Shown: positions 20,153 to 31,110, counted from the first letter of the stretch. The stretch: DNA of 35,551 bases from an uncultured Clostridia bacterium (GCA_944386315.1 CALXAS010000001.1:1-35551); one strand, 5' to 3'. A program made the numbers and translations. Notes: generated by a model from the letters alone, not told the origin.

Positions 20153-20343
20153 AAAATTTTCACCTTACCCTCTGCAATTTCGTTTGCAGCAATGGTAACT
20201 GGTGCTTGTTCATTTACATCTGTTAGTATTTCACTTCCTGCTGCTATTTGTCTTGCACGTCTTGCCGTTGCAATAACTAATCTAAATTTACTATCTGTTT
20301 TTGTCATAAGTTCTGCTGTTGTTGGTTTTACTATCATTTTCAT
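20146..20343 (-). CDS. rpoZ: DNA-directed RNA polymerase subunit omega
   Basis: 65 aa (SKFRLVIATARRARQI core). Confidence 0.85.
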   Translation of the reverse strand: MKMIVKPTTAELMTKTDSKFRLVIATARRARQIAAGSEILTDVNEQAPVTIAANEIAEGKVKILC

Positions 20344-20355
20344 TCCTTCTTTCTT

Positions 20356-20625
20356 TTAAATTTTTTCATCTAGCGCTAAACTTTCTTTTCCTTCTTTTGC
20401 AAATCTGGCAGCTACTGTTTCTGGTTGCACTGCTGAAAATATTACATGCCCTGAATCCATAATTAGAACGGCTCTCGTCTTTCTTCCATATGTAGCATCT
20501 ATTGCTGTTCCATTTTCTCTTGCATCTTGCATAATTCTTTTTATAGGTGCTGACTCTGGACTAACAATAGCCACAATTCTATTTCCTGATACAATATTAC
20601 CAAACCCAATATTGACTAATTGCAT
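20356..20625 (-). CDS. remA: RemA/DUF370 family regulator
   Basis: 89 aa ([28 protein letters not shown]...[25 protein letters not shown]). Confidence 0.92.
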   Translation of the reverse strand: MQLVNIGFGNIVSGNRIVAIVSPESAPIKRIMQDARENGTAIDATYGRKTRAVLIMDSGHVIFSAVQPETVAARFAKEGKESLALDEKI

Positions 20626-20643
20626 AGAATCTACCTCCTTTTC

Positions 20644-20666
20644 TTAGGAAAATATTCTTTTCCTAA
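20644..20666. promoter_or_regulatory. perfect inverted repeat TTAGGAAAA-tattc-TTTTCCTAA between yicC and remA
   Basis: 9-bp perfect arms with a 5-nt centre. It sits just upstream of the remA SD and has no U-run, so it is not a canonical terminator. Confidence 0.35.
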
Positions 20667-20701
20667 CTTCAGATATGAACTCTTTGCCATTTGGTATGTT
20701 T

Positions 20702-21577
20702 CTATTCTATGTTTTGTATTTGTTCTCTTATATCTTCTAACATGGTCTTTAGGTCTATTACTAAATTTGTAATCTCCAAATTAGCCGATTTGGAACCAAT
20801 TGTATTTACTTCTCTATTCATTTCCTGTATTAAAAAATCCATTTTTTTACCAACTGGCTTTTTCTCTTCTAATAAATTCTTCATTTGCATGACATGGCTC
20901 TTTAGCCTTGTTACTTCTTCTTCGATAGATGTTCTATCTGCAAAAATAACTGCCTCTTGTGCAATTCTCGATTCTTCTATTTCATCTGATTGCAACATAT
21001 CTTTTACTCTCTGTCTTAATTTTACTACATATTCTTCTACAAGTCCAGCAGAATATTCAGAAAATTTTAGAATTTCTTTTTCTACTTGCTCTACTCTGCC
21101 TAGTAAATCTTCTTTTATTTTATTGCCTTCCACTTCTCTCATTTCTACAAAATGCTGAATTGCTTCTTGCAAACATGCCATCACTTCTTGCTCAATCACA
21201 TCTTCTTTTGTCTCTATTGTCTGTACACTTAAAACCTCTGGCAATTTGATAACTTCTGTAACAGGAATAGATAGTGCCAACTGATTTTCTTCTGCTAATG
21301 TATAAAAGGCATCCATGTATTTTTTTACCATTTCATGGTTAACAATAATATCTTTTCCTTCTCCACTGTTATTTTCAAAAGTAACAAATACATCTACTTT
21401 TCCTCTAGAAATACTTGCTCCTATTTGCTTTTTCATTTTATCTTCTAAGTAGGTTAGGGTTTTAGGTAATTTTATGGTAATATCACTATATTTATGATTC
21501 ACGGATTTCATTTCTATTTGATAATTTCTATTTTCTTTTTCTAAGCTTGCTCTTCCATAGCCTGTCATACTTCTCAT
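20702..21577 (-). CDS. yicC: YicC/YloC family endoribonuclease
   Basis: 291 aa (MRSMTGYG N-terminus, C-terminal DFLIQEMNREVNTIGSK). Confidence 0.92.
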   Translation of the reverse strand: MRSMTGYGRASLEKENRNYQIEMKSVNHKYSDITIKLPKTLTYLEDKMKKQIGASISRGKVDVFVTFENNSGEGKDIIVNHEMVKKYMDAFYTLAEENQLALSIPVTEVIKLPEVLSVQTIETKEDVIEQEVMACLQEAIQHFVEMREVEGNKIKEDLLGRVEQVEKEILKFSEYSAGLVEEYVVKLRQRVKDMLQSDEIEESRIAQEAVIFADRTSIEEEVTRLKSHVMQMKNLLEEKKPVGKKMDFLIQEMNREVNTIGSKSANLEITNLVIDLKTMLEDIREQIQNIE

Positions 21578-21597
21578 TTTGTTGTACCTCTTTTCTA

Positions 21598-22314
21598 TTA
21601 TTCCTCTATATGCGTAATTTTTCTAATATCACTTGCTCTTTTTAAAGCTACTTTTTTCATTTCTAAATGTACGATAATACTTTTCATAACAAAATATACA
21701 GCATATAATACAGCTACAGCATTTAAAATATCTGTTAATATAGCTGGATAAGTTTGTTGGATATATAAGGCTATTAGTGTGATAATAGAAAGTACCATTA
21801 GTTCTATTCCATGAATAGCAATTCTTCCACTATCTTTATGGTAAGCTCTCTCATAAGTGCCTATGGTAATAGCAATAGAAACTAAGCTAAATACTTTTAA
21901 ATCTACTAAATATATTTCTGGTCTAATATGCATTGCTCCTAAATTTAAAAAAATAAAATAGAAAAGAAATGCTATTCCAAAACAAAGATTTTCTAAAATA
22001 TTTTTATCAATTCTTTCTTTTCTTACTTTGGAAATTGTTTTTTGTTTTTTTCTCTCTTCTTCTATTGCCTCTAACTGTTTTTTCTCCAATGCTTTTTGGT
22101 CAATTAAACTAGTTTCTTCTGCTTCTTGAATAATAATTCCTTCTGTTTCTTCTATAGTATCTGTTTTTGCATTTTCTTCTATTTCAGTTGCTTGCTTTTT
22201 GGCTTCTTCTATTGTATTTGTTTGTTTATTTCTTTCTTCTGATTTTTTTTCTTTTTGCTCTTTCTCTACTATTTTTTTCTCTTCTTCTCTTTTGCTTTCT
22301 TGTTTCTTTTTCAC
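21598..22314 (-). CDS. hypothetical membrane protein with a K/E-rich N-terminal region
   Basis: 238 aa. It has a charged low-complexity N-terminal half followed by about 4 predicted TM helices. Confidence 0.7.
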   Translation of the reverse strand: MKKKQESKREEEKKIVEKEQKEKKSEERNKQTNTIEEAKKQATEIEENAKTDTIEETEGIIIQEAEETSLIDQKALEKKQLEAIEEERKKQKTISKVRKERIDKNILENLCFGIAFLFYFIFLNLGAMHIRPEIYLVDLKVFSLVSIAITIGTYERAYHKDSGRIAIHGIELMVLSIITLIALYIQQTYPAILTDILNAVAVLYAVYFVMKSIIVHLEMKKVALKRASDIRKITHIEE

Positions 22315-22340
22315 TAAATTAATTTCCTTTCTTCTAAAAT

Positions 22341-23090
22341 TTACATAAATTCATATAAAATATTCGCTAGCATTACCATAGGAGCTGTTTCTGTTCTTAA
22401 AATGTTATCCCCTAATGTAACACATTTTACGTTTTCTCCATAAGACTTTAACTTTTCAACCTCTCTTATGGAAATTCCTCCTTCAGGTCCAATAAATATC
22501 CCTATATTTTTAACTTCTTTTTCTAATTCTATGCTTCTTCTTAAACAATATTTTAACGTATTTGCTTTTTCTTCTTCATAAGCAATCAAAAATATATCGT
22601 ATTCTTTTATATCTTGTTCTATTTCTTCTAATGTTCGTATACCTTTTATTTCTGGTATATCACTTCTTTTGCATTGTTTTGCAGCCACTTCTGCTATTTT
22701 CTGCCATCTATCTTGCTTTTTGGTTTTATCTTTTTCTGCTAATTTTACAATGGTTCTTTCCGTGATAACAGGTACAATACTATGTATTCCTATTTCTGTG
22801 GTTTTCTGTATAATCCATTCCAATTTATCTGCTTTTGGTAAGCCTTGATATAAAGTTACTGCTACTTGCCCTATTTTTTCCTTCTGCTTTTCTTTGATTT
22901 TACACCCAATATTTTCTGCTTGCACACTTGTTATTTCTGCCAAATAAGTTTCTTTTGTCTGTTTATTTCCTACTAAAAGAATATCTCCTGTTTTCATTCT
23001 AAGTACATTTTTTATATGATTCACATCAGAACCTTGAATAACTACTTGATTTTCTTGTATTTGACTTTCTTCTACAAAAAACTTTTGCAT
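22341..23090 (-). CDS. rsmE: 16S rRNA (uracil1498-N3)-methyltransferase
   Basis: The family-typical start MQKFFVEE... is at 23090, behind an AGAGGAAAAGAG purine run. The ORF-track extension to 23150 reads through the promoter. GPEGGIS motif present. Confidence 0.88.
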   Translation of the reverse strand: MQKFFVEESQIQENQVVIQGSDVNHIKNVLRMKTGDILLVGNKQTKETYLAEITSVQAENIGCKIKEKQKEKIGQVAVTLYQGLPKADKLEWIIQKTTEIGIHSIVPVITERTIVKLAEKDKTKKQDRWQKIAEVAAKQCKRSDIPEIKGIRTLEEIEQDIKEYDIFLIAYEEEKANTLKYCLRRSIELEKEVKNIGIFIGPEGGISIREVEKLKSYGENVKCVTLGDNILRTETAPMVMLANILYEFM

Positions 23091-23121
23091 TTTCTCTTTT
23101 CCTCTTCTTTTTTCTATTGCT

Positions 23122-23151
23122 ATTTTACTATATTCCATAAAAAATAGCAAG
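23122..23151 (-). promoter_or_regulatory. rsmE promoter module (TTGCTA-17-TAAAAT), near-duplicate of the prmC promoter
   Basis: 27 of 30 nt are identical to 31111..31140, including the spacer. Confidence 0.55.
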
Positions 23152-23202
23152 GTAATTATACAAATCTTATTTACGTAATTTTTTCGACATTATTCTTAGG
23201 GT

Positions 23203-23262
23203 GTCCCACTTAAGTCAGGGTTAAATGAGACATGTCCCAAAAATGTCAGGGTTAAATGGGAC
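23203..23262 (+). repeat. two tandem copies of a 29-nt palindromic unit (GTCCCA-N6-TCAGGG-TTAAATG-RGAC)
   Basis: Unit 1 (23203..23231) is GTCCCACTTAAGTCAGGGTTAAATGAGAC. Unit 2 (23234..23262) is GTCCCAAAAATGTCAGGGTTAAATGGGAC. A third copy, inverted, lies at 28155..28183. Confidence 0.8.
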
Positions 23263-23272
23263 AAAAATAGAA

Positions 23273-23305
23273 AATGAACTTTAAGGAATGTCCCTAAAGT
23301 TCATT
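23273..23305 (-). terminator. dnaJ intrinsic terminator
   Basis: AATGAACTTTA / TAAAGTTCATT 11-bp stem, 5 nt after the dnaJ stop, followed by TTCTATTTTTG on the minus strand. Confidence 0.7.
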
Positions 23306-23309
23306 GTTT

Positions 23310-24470
23310 TTATCCAAAAAATCCTTTTTTCTTGATTGGTGGTTGTTCATTCATTGTTTTGGCAAGTGCTACTAGTAAATCTCTTTGTTCTTTGTTTAAA
23401 CGTTTTGGTACTTGCACTTGTACTGTAAAAATGAAATCTCCTTGATAGTTTCCATTGATATTTTTAAATCCTTCATTACGAATCGTAAACTTTGTTCCTG
23501 GTTGTGTACCTTCTGGAATACGATATTTTTCTTTTCTTCCATCTACCATTGGTACTTCTATTTCTGCCCCTAAAGTTGCTTGAGTAAAAGTAATTGGCAC
23601 GTCACATAGTACATTATCTCCTTTTCTAGTAAAGATACTATGCTTTTTAATGCGCACTACTATGTATAAATCTCCTTTTGAACCGCCCTTTTCTCCAGGC
23701 TCTCCTTCTCCTCTTAGTACAATGGTTTGACCGTCATCAATTCCTGCCGGAATTTTTACTTTTATTCTTGCTTGTTTTCTAACCGTTCCTTTTCCTTTAC
23801 ATTCGTCACAAGGTTCTTTGATTACTTTTCCTGTACCATGACAATTATTACAAGGTCTCTGTGTTTGCATTTGTCCTAAAATGGTATTTTGTACTTGTTT
23901 AATGGTTCCTGTTCCATGACACATACTACAAGTTTCTACTTTTGTACCAGGTCTTGCACCGCTTCCATGGCATACAGAGCAAGTTTCATTTCTGTTTAAT
24001 ACGATTTCTTTTTCGACACCCAAATAAGAATCTTCAAAAGAAATATCAATATTTGCTTTTAAGTCTGCTCCTTTGGTAGGTCCATTGTTTTGCCTGCTTC
24101 TTCCGCCAAATCCACTACCTCCAAAGAAGGATGAGAATATATCTCCTAAATCTCCAAAATCGTCAAATCCATTAAATCCTGATGTAGTATAAGAGTAGTA
24201 TCCTCCTTGACCATATGGACCTCCTGCTCCGCCACCAAATCCTTGTGGCCCATCTGGACCAAATTGGTCATACATTTTTCTTTTTTGTGGATCGGATAAT
24301 GTCTCATAAGCTTCGTTGACCTCTTTAAATTTTTCCTCTGCCTCTTTTTTATTATCTGGATTAGCATCTGGATGGTATTTTTTTGCTAATTTTCGATATG
24401 CTTTTTTTAATTCGTCATCCGTTGCTGTTTTGGATACGCCTAGTACTTCGTAATAATCTCTTTTAGCCAT
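23310..24470 (-). CDS. dnaJ: molecular chaperone DnaJ
   Basis: 386 aa with a J domain (HPD), a G/F-rich region and four CxxCxGxG zinc-finger repeats. Confidence 0.98.
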   Translation of the reverse strand: MAKRDYYEVLGVSKTATDDELKKAYRKLAKKYHPDANPDNKKEAEEKFKEVNEAYETLSDPQKRKMYDQFGPDGPQGFGGGAGGPYGQGGYYSYTTSGFNGFDDFGDLGDIFSSFFGGSGFGGRSRQNNGPTKGADLKANIDISFEDSYLGVEKEIVLNRNETCSVCHGSGARPGTKVETCSMCHGTGTIKQVQNTILGQMQTQRPCNNCHGTGKVIKEPCDECKGKGTVRKQARIKVKIPAGIDDGQTIVLRGEGEPGEKGGSKGDLYIVVRIKKHSIFTRKGDNVLCDVPITFTQATLGAEIEVPMVDGRKEKYRIPEGTQPGTKFTIRNEGFKNINGNYQGDFIFTVQVQVPKRLNKEQRDLLVALAKTMNEQPPIKKKGFFG

Positions 24471-24507
24471 TTTTTATTCTCCTTTTTCTTTATAGCTCTT
24501 TTAAAAT

Positions 24508-24527
24508 AGGCGGAATTACATCCGCCT
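24508..24527 (-). terminator. GC-rich hairpin between dnaK and dnaJ (attenuator or partial terminator)
   Basis: AGGCGGA-tgtaat-TCCGCCT, then TATTTTAAAAG on the minus strand. Confidence 0.45.
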
Positions 24528-24544
24528 TATTTTAAGTTATACTT

Positions 24545-26404
<1,860 letters not shown>

Positions 26405-26449
26405 TTATTCTTCCTTTCCTTTTATTTATATGTAAAAAATAATAACAAA

Positions 26450-26962
26450 TTAATTTGCCACTACTACCATAGAATGGCGAATGACTTTACCTCCAATTTT
26501 ATAGCCTTTTCTATATTCTTCTTTAATTTCTTTTTCTCCTAAGTTTTCGTCTACTACTGAACTAACTGCTTCATGTAATTCTGGATCAAAAGTTTTTCCT
26601 ACTGCTTCAATTTCTTCCACTCCATTTGCTTTTAAAACATCTTGCATTTGCTTTAGCACTAGTTCTACTCCTTGTTTGTATCCTTCATCTTCTGTTTTTG
26701 CTTGTACTGCTTTTTCTAAATTATCAATCACTGGTAATAAAGATGTAAAAATATCTCCTACTAATGAATGATATAAGCTATCTCTTTCTTTGCTACTTCT
26801 TTTTTTGTAATTATCAAATTCTGCCATTAATCTTTTTAATCTGTCTTCTTGCTCTTCTAGTTTTTGTTTTTGCATTAAAATCGTATCTTTTAATGTTTGT
26901 TCTTCTGTTTTTGTGCTTTCTTCTTGCTGTAATTCTTCTTGTTTTTGTTCTTTTTCAGCCAT
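26450..26962 (-). CDS. grpE: nucleotide exchange factor GrpE
   Basis: 170 aa with a coiled-coil N-terminus and FDPELHEAV....GYKIGGKVIRHSMV. Confidence 0.95.
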   Translation of the reverse strand: MAEKEQKQEELQQEESTKTEEQTLKDTILMQKQKLEEQEDRLKRLMAEFDNYKKRSSKERDSLYHSLVGDIFTSLLPVIDNLEKAVQAKTEDEGYKQGVELVLKQMQDVLKANGVEEIEAVGKTFDPELHEAVSSVVDENLGEKEIKEEYRKGYKIGGKVIRHSMVVVAN

Positions 26963-26986
26963 ATCTTACACACCATTCCTTCTTTA

Positions 26987-28039
26987 TTATTCTTCTTTTT
27001 TACGTCTTTTTTTATCTTCTTGTCCTTCTTGTTCATTTAATTTTTTACTAAGATATTTCATTACAGAAATAACTTTTGAATAATTCATTCTCTTGGGTCC
27101 TATAATTCCAATTGTTCCTAAGTCTTTATTGCCTACCGAATGTTTGAAAGTAATGATACTAAAGTCTTTCAACTGTTTATTTTCCTTTTCATCGCCTATA
27201 TATACATTAATATCTTTTGCCACTCCTGAGTTCAACATATCTAGCATAATCTCTTTGGTATCTAATACATTCACAAAATTTTTGGCAATTTCTAAGCTCT
27301 TAAACTCTGGTAACTCGAAAGCTTTATTGGCTCCTTGGAAATAAACATCTTCCTCTTCTTCTACAATATGATTGATTTGCTCTATAATTGGTTTAATTAC
27401 CCTAACGCTATACTGGATTTCTGATAAGATGTATTCTTCCATCGGTTTATCAATCTTACTTAAAGGTTTCCCTTTTAACTTACTATTAAACAAATTATTT
27501 AAAGTTTCTACTTGACTGTCTGTAATATCTTCATCATATTTGATAATGGTTTCTTTTACCAAACCGTTATCTGTTACAATAACTACCATCAACATTCTAC
27601 TACCTAATAGCACAAATTTTATTTCTTCAATAATTTGTACTTCTGGTTTTGGTCCCACTGCGACAGAAGTGTAATGCGTAATTTCTGATAAAGTAGTAGT
27701 TGCAATTTTCGTCAAATCTTCAATTTCATTTACTTTTGTAGATAATTTAGATTGAATATATTTAATTTCTTCTAAAGAAATATCATCTTCTTTTACTAAT
27801 TCATCTACGTAATATTGATAACCCTTTTTAGAAGGTACACGTCCTGAAGAGGTATGTGTTTTATCTAAATATCCTCCACTTTCTAATTCTGCTAGTTCAT
27901 TTCTTACAGTAGCACTGCTATAAGGAAGTCCATATTTTTTTACCAATATGGCAGAACTAACTGGCTCCGCAGTGTTCACATATTCATCCACTACTGCTTG
28001 TAATATCTTCTTTTTTCTTTCATCTAGCATATTTTTCAC
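26987..28039 (-). CDS. hrcA: heat-inducible transcription repressor HrcA
   Basis: 350 aa with a winged-helix N-terminus (SSATVRNELAELE), first gene of the dnaK operon. Confidence 0.96.
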   Translation of the reverse strand: MKNMLDERKKKILQAVVDEYVNTAEPVSSAILVKKYGLPYSSATVRNELAELESGGYLDKTHTSSGRVPSKKGYQYYVDELVKEDDISLEEIKYIQSKLSTKVNEIEDLTKIATTTLSEITHYTSVAVGPKPEVQIIEEIKFVLLGSRMLMVVIVTDNGLVKETIIKYDEDITDSQVETLNNLFNSKLKGKPLSKIDKPMEEYILSEIQYSVRVIKPIIEQINHIVEEEEDVYFQGANKAFELPEFKSLEIAKNFVNVLDTKEIMLDMLNSGVAKDINVYIGDEKENKQLKDFSIITFKHSVGNKDLGTIGIIGPKRMNYSKVISVMKYLSKKLNEQEGQEDKKRRKKEE

Positions 28040-28046
28040 TCCTTCA

Positions 28047-28073
28047 TTAGCACTTCTTACTTAAGACTGCTAA
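28047..28073. promoter_or_regulatory. CIRCE operator of the hrcA-dnaK operon
   Basis: TTAGCACTT-N9-GACTGCTAA, located between the -10 and the hrcA SD. Confidence 0.88.
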
Positions 28074-28084
28074 TTACTTTCTAT

Positions 28085-28113
28085 ATATTATCTCCATTTT
28101 TAGCAATTGTCAA
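28085..28113 (-). promoter_or_regulatory. hrcA operon promoter
   Basis: Minus strand reads TTGACA - 17 nt - TAATAT. Confidence 0.65.
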
Positions 28114-28126
28114 TATAGATTGCTAA
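28100..28126. promoter_or_regulatory. second, degenerate CIRCE-like inverted repeat overlapping the -35
   Basis: TTAGCAATT-N9-GATTGCTAA. It has the same 9-N9-9 geometry, and its outer TTAGCA/TGCTAA halves match the CIRCE consensus. Confidence 0.55.
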
Positions 28127-28154
28127 TTTTTTTGTGAATTTTCTGTGACCAAAT

Positions 28155-28183
28155 GTCCCACTTATCCCTGATATTTCTGGGAC
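28155..28183 (-). repeat. third copy (inverted) of the 29-nt palindromic unit
   Basis: The reverse complement reads GTCCCAGAAATATCAGGGATAAGTGGGAC, 25/29 identical to unit 2 at 23234..23262. Confidence 0.75.
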
Positions 28184-28184
28184 A

Positions 28185-29331
28185 CTACACAAATTCTTCC
28201 CAAACAAGGTTAGCTAAATCTAGTCCTTTATTGGTTAATTGAATATTATCGTTCTTTATTTCTATTAAGTTTTCTTTTTGTAGTTTTTCTAAACTATTTG
28301 CATAGAGTTCTAATGGATTATTTCCAAATTTTTTTTGAAAAGCTTGTATGGATACTCCTTGTAGTTTTCTTAATCCCAATAACATATATTCTTTTTGTTC
28401 TTCTTCTTTATTTTGTTTTTCCTGAAGAATTTTATTTTTTTCAAATTGATGTTTTTGTACATTTTCTATATATTGTTCTAAATTTTCTATATTGCTATAT
28501 CTTTGTTTTTGATAATAGGAATGTGCAGCAAGTCCAAAACCTAAATATTCTTTTTGTTCCCAACAATGTAGATTATGCTTAGATTCCCAGCCGCGGTTTG
28601 GCAAAATTGGATATTTCATAATGAATATATCCGCTTTGTTCTAACATTTGCTTTACCTTCCAATACATATTTCTTTCTCCCTCTTCATCTGGAAGCTTAT
28701 ACTCTCCTTGTGCGAGTTTCTTTTCTAAAGGTGTGCCTTCTTCTACAATTAAAGAGTAGATAGAAATATGTTTTGGCTCTAGCTCTAATATTTTATGAAT
28801 ACTTTCTTCCACTTCTTTACAGGTCTGCTCTGGCAAACCTATCATGATATCTACATTTTGATTGGAAAATCCTACTTCTTTTGCCATTTGATAAGTTTCT
28901 AAAAATTGTTCAAAAGTATGTATCCTTCCTATTCTTTCTAATGTTTTTTGTCTTGTTGCTTGCAATCCTATGCTAATACGATTACAACCACATTTTCTAT
29001 ATTCTTGTAATTTTTCTTTGCTTACTGTGCCAGGATTTACTTCTATGGTAATCTCTGCACCTTCTTTTACGCTATATTCTTTTTTTATTGTTTCTAAAAT
29101 TGCTTGTATCCTTCCAAGCGGAAGAAAAGAGGGTGTTCCCCCTCCTATATATATGGTATCTATCACTTTCTTCTTATTTCTTATGCTTTTTGCTCTTTCT
29201 TCTATCTCCTTTTGTAGACTATCTACATATGCTAGCATCTTTTCTTCTTTTCCTGCATAAGAAATAAAATCACAATAATCACACTTTCTCACACAAAAAG
29301 GAATATGTACATAAATTCCTATTTCCTCCAT
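28185..29331 (-). pseudogene. hemW: radical SAM heme chaperone HemW (coproporphyrinogen III oxidase-like), reading frame interrupted by one extra base
   Basis: N-piece at 28579..29331 (CVRKCDYCDF radical SAM cluster motif) and C-piece at 28185..28619. The 0 frame reads YEISNFAKP-RLGI*. Skipping one C in CCG-C-GGC gives AKPGWESKHNLHCWE, the conserved HemW junction. Confidence 0.88.
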
Positions 29332-29363
29332 TTTTGTTTTCCTTTCTATTTATCCTATAAATC

Positions 29364-30226
29364 CTATTCTTCCTTACTTGCCAAAGATAAAATCGTCTGC
29401 ATACGATGATTCACTCCTGACTTTCCTATTGGTTCTTTTAACATTTTTCCTAATTCTATTAAACTTGCATGAGGATTTTCTAAACGAAGTTTTCCTATTT
29501 CTTTTAAATTTTCTGGCAAGTTCTCCCATTTTCCAGTTTTTTGCAGAGTTTGTATTGCCTGTAATTGCTTTACAGCAGCCTCTACTGTTTTGTTTAAGTT
29601 TGCTGTCTCGCAGTTAACCGTTCTATTTACTTGGTTTTTCATATCACGTAGTACTCTTATTTCTTCAAATTTTAATACAGCCTGTGTTGCTCCTACAAAT
29701 GCTAAAAATTTTGAAATTTCTTCTCCTTCTTTTAGATACAACGCATATCCTTTTTTTCTTTCTAACCATTTAAAAGAAATAGAAACACTCTGCATCAATT
29801 GTTGTATCTGTTTTGCTGTTTCTTCTTTTGAAAATAGCAGTTCTAAATGATACTTTTTCTCTGGATTATTCATACTACCGCTTCCTAAAAAAATCCCCCT
29901 TAGGAATGCTTTTATTAAATTTTCTGCTAAGTCTTTTTGTTGATAAGAAATACTTTCTTCTCCATATTCTATTTCTGGCAAATCGATTTTTTTACATTCT
30001 ATCCAATATACTTTCCCTGTTAAGCCTATTTGATAATCTAATTGATTCACATTAGAAAGTAATTTGCTAAATCGATTAATATTATATTCGTTTTCTGTTG
30101 TGTACTTTATCTTTGTTTTATAACAAATAGTATTGTTACTAATCAAATAGCCTATTTTACTTCTTCTTTATGAGATAAATTGTTTTTTTTACTTAGTTCT
30201 TCTTTTAACTCGGATGAAAAGGACAT
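29364..30226 (-). pseudogene. whiA: DNA-binding protein WhiA, N-terminal 24 codons out of frame with the rest
   Basis: ATG at 30226 (SD AAGGGAGGGAG) gives MSFSSELKEELSKKNNLSHKEEVK*. The frame one base back continues IGYLISNNT... into the 260-aa ORF, which has the FLRGIFLGSGS, NRTVNCETANL and C-terminal HTH (KSGVNHR) motifs. Confidence 0.85.
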
Positions 30227-30241
30227 ATTCTCCCTCCCTTG

Positions 30242-31081
30242 TTACTTTTTTTGTGCTACTATCACTCTATCTATTCCTGCTAAATCTTTTTTTGTATAAT
30301 ATCTTTGAAATGCATCATTTTTTTCTAGTAAACTTGCTATTTTTTCCTTTTGGTCATATCCCATTTCTAAACATAAATATCCTTTATCTTTCAAAAACTT
30401 TGGACTTTCTCTGATGATTTTTTGATAAAAATCTAATCCTTCTATCCCACCATTCAATGCAATATGGGGTTCTTTTTGTACTTCTTCTGGCAAAAATGGT
30501 ATTTCCTTTGATGGAATATACGGAGGATTACTAACAATTACATCCAATTCGTTTGGGATATTTTCAAATAAGTTAGATTGCAAAATTTGTATATTATCTA
30601 CATGATTTTTTTGCCCATTCTTTTCTGCAATGGAAAGTGCCTCCTTACTAACATCACTTAGATACACTCTACTATTCACAAAATATTTAGCAAGCGAAAT
30701 ACCAATACACCCACTTCCCGTACATAAATCTAGAATCGTAAGCTTACTTTCTTTAGGATATAGTGACATCACTTCTTCTACTAAAATTTCTGTATCTGGC
30801 TGTGGTATTAAAACATTCTCATCTACATAAAAAGGATATCCCATAAATTCTTGCTCTTTTGTAATATATTGAATAGGCACTCCTTTTTGCATTTGAGCTA
30901 AATACTGCTTCATTTTTTCTATCTCTTGCTCTGTTACATTTTCTTCTTCATGTACGATACAATCATTTTCATTTCTTTGCAAAACAAAGCTTAGCAGTCT
31001 TTTGGCTTGCAAATGGGCATCTTCCTTTCCCATTTCTTTTAATTTTTCTCTTGTGGTTAATAAAGCTTGCTTTATAGTCAC
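30242..31081 (-). CDS. prmC: peptide chain release factor N5-glutamine methyltransferase
   Basis: 279 aa with a GTG start behind AGAGAGG, the SAM-binding motif LDLCTGSGCIG and the catalytic NPPY (VSNPPYIP). Confidence 0.93.
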   Translation of the reverse strand: MTIKQALLTTREKLKEMGKEDAHLQAKRLLSFVLQRNENDCIVHEEENVTEQEIEKMKQYLAQMQKGVPIQYITKEQEFMGYPFYVDENVLIPQPDTEILVEEVMSLYPKESKLTILDLCTGSGCIGISLAKYFVNSRVYLSDVSKEALSIAEKNGQKNHVDNIQILQSNLFENIPNELDVIVSNPPYIPSKEIPFLPEEVQKEPHIALNGGIEGLDFYQKIIRESPKFLKDKGYLCLEMGYDQKEKIASLLEKNDAFQRYYTKKDLAGIDRVIVAQKK

Positions 31082-31110
31082 TTTTTAGCCTCTCTTTCTA
31101 TTTTGCCTAT

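Noticed and set aside
23203-23262. Whether the 29-nt repeats are a mini CRISPR array or a CtsR operator
   Set aside because: There are only two adjacent copies, separated by 2 nt with no spacers, and the third copy is 4.9 kb away and inverted. No cas genes are present. The sequence does not fit the GGTCAAA-N3-GGTCAAA direct-repeat CtsR box.
24146-24367. 73-aa minus-strand ORF inside dnaJ
   Set aside because: It is an out-of-frame overlap with the G/F-rich region of dnaJ and has no independent start signals.
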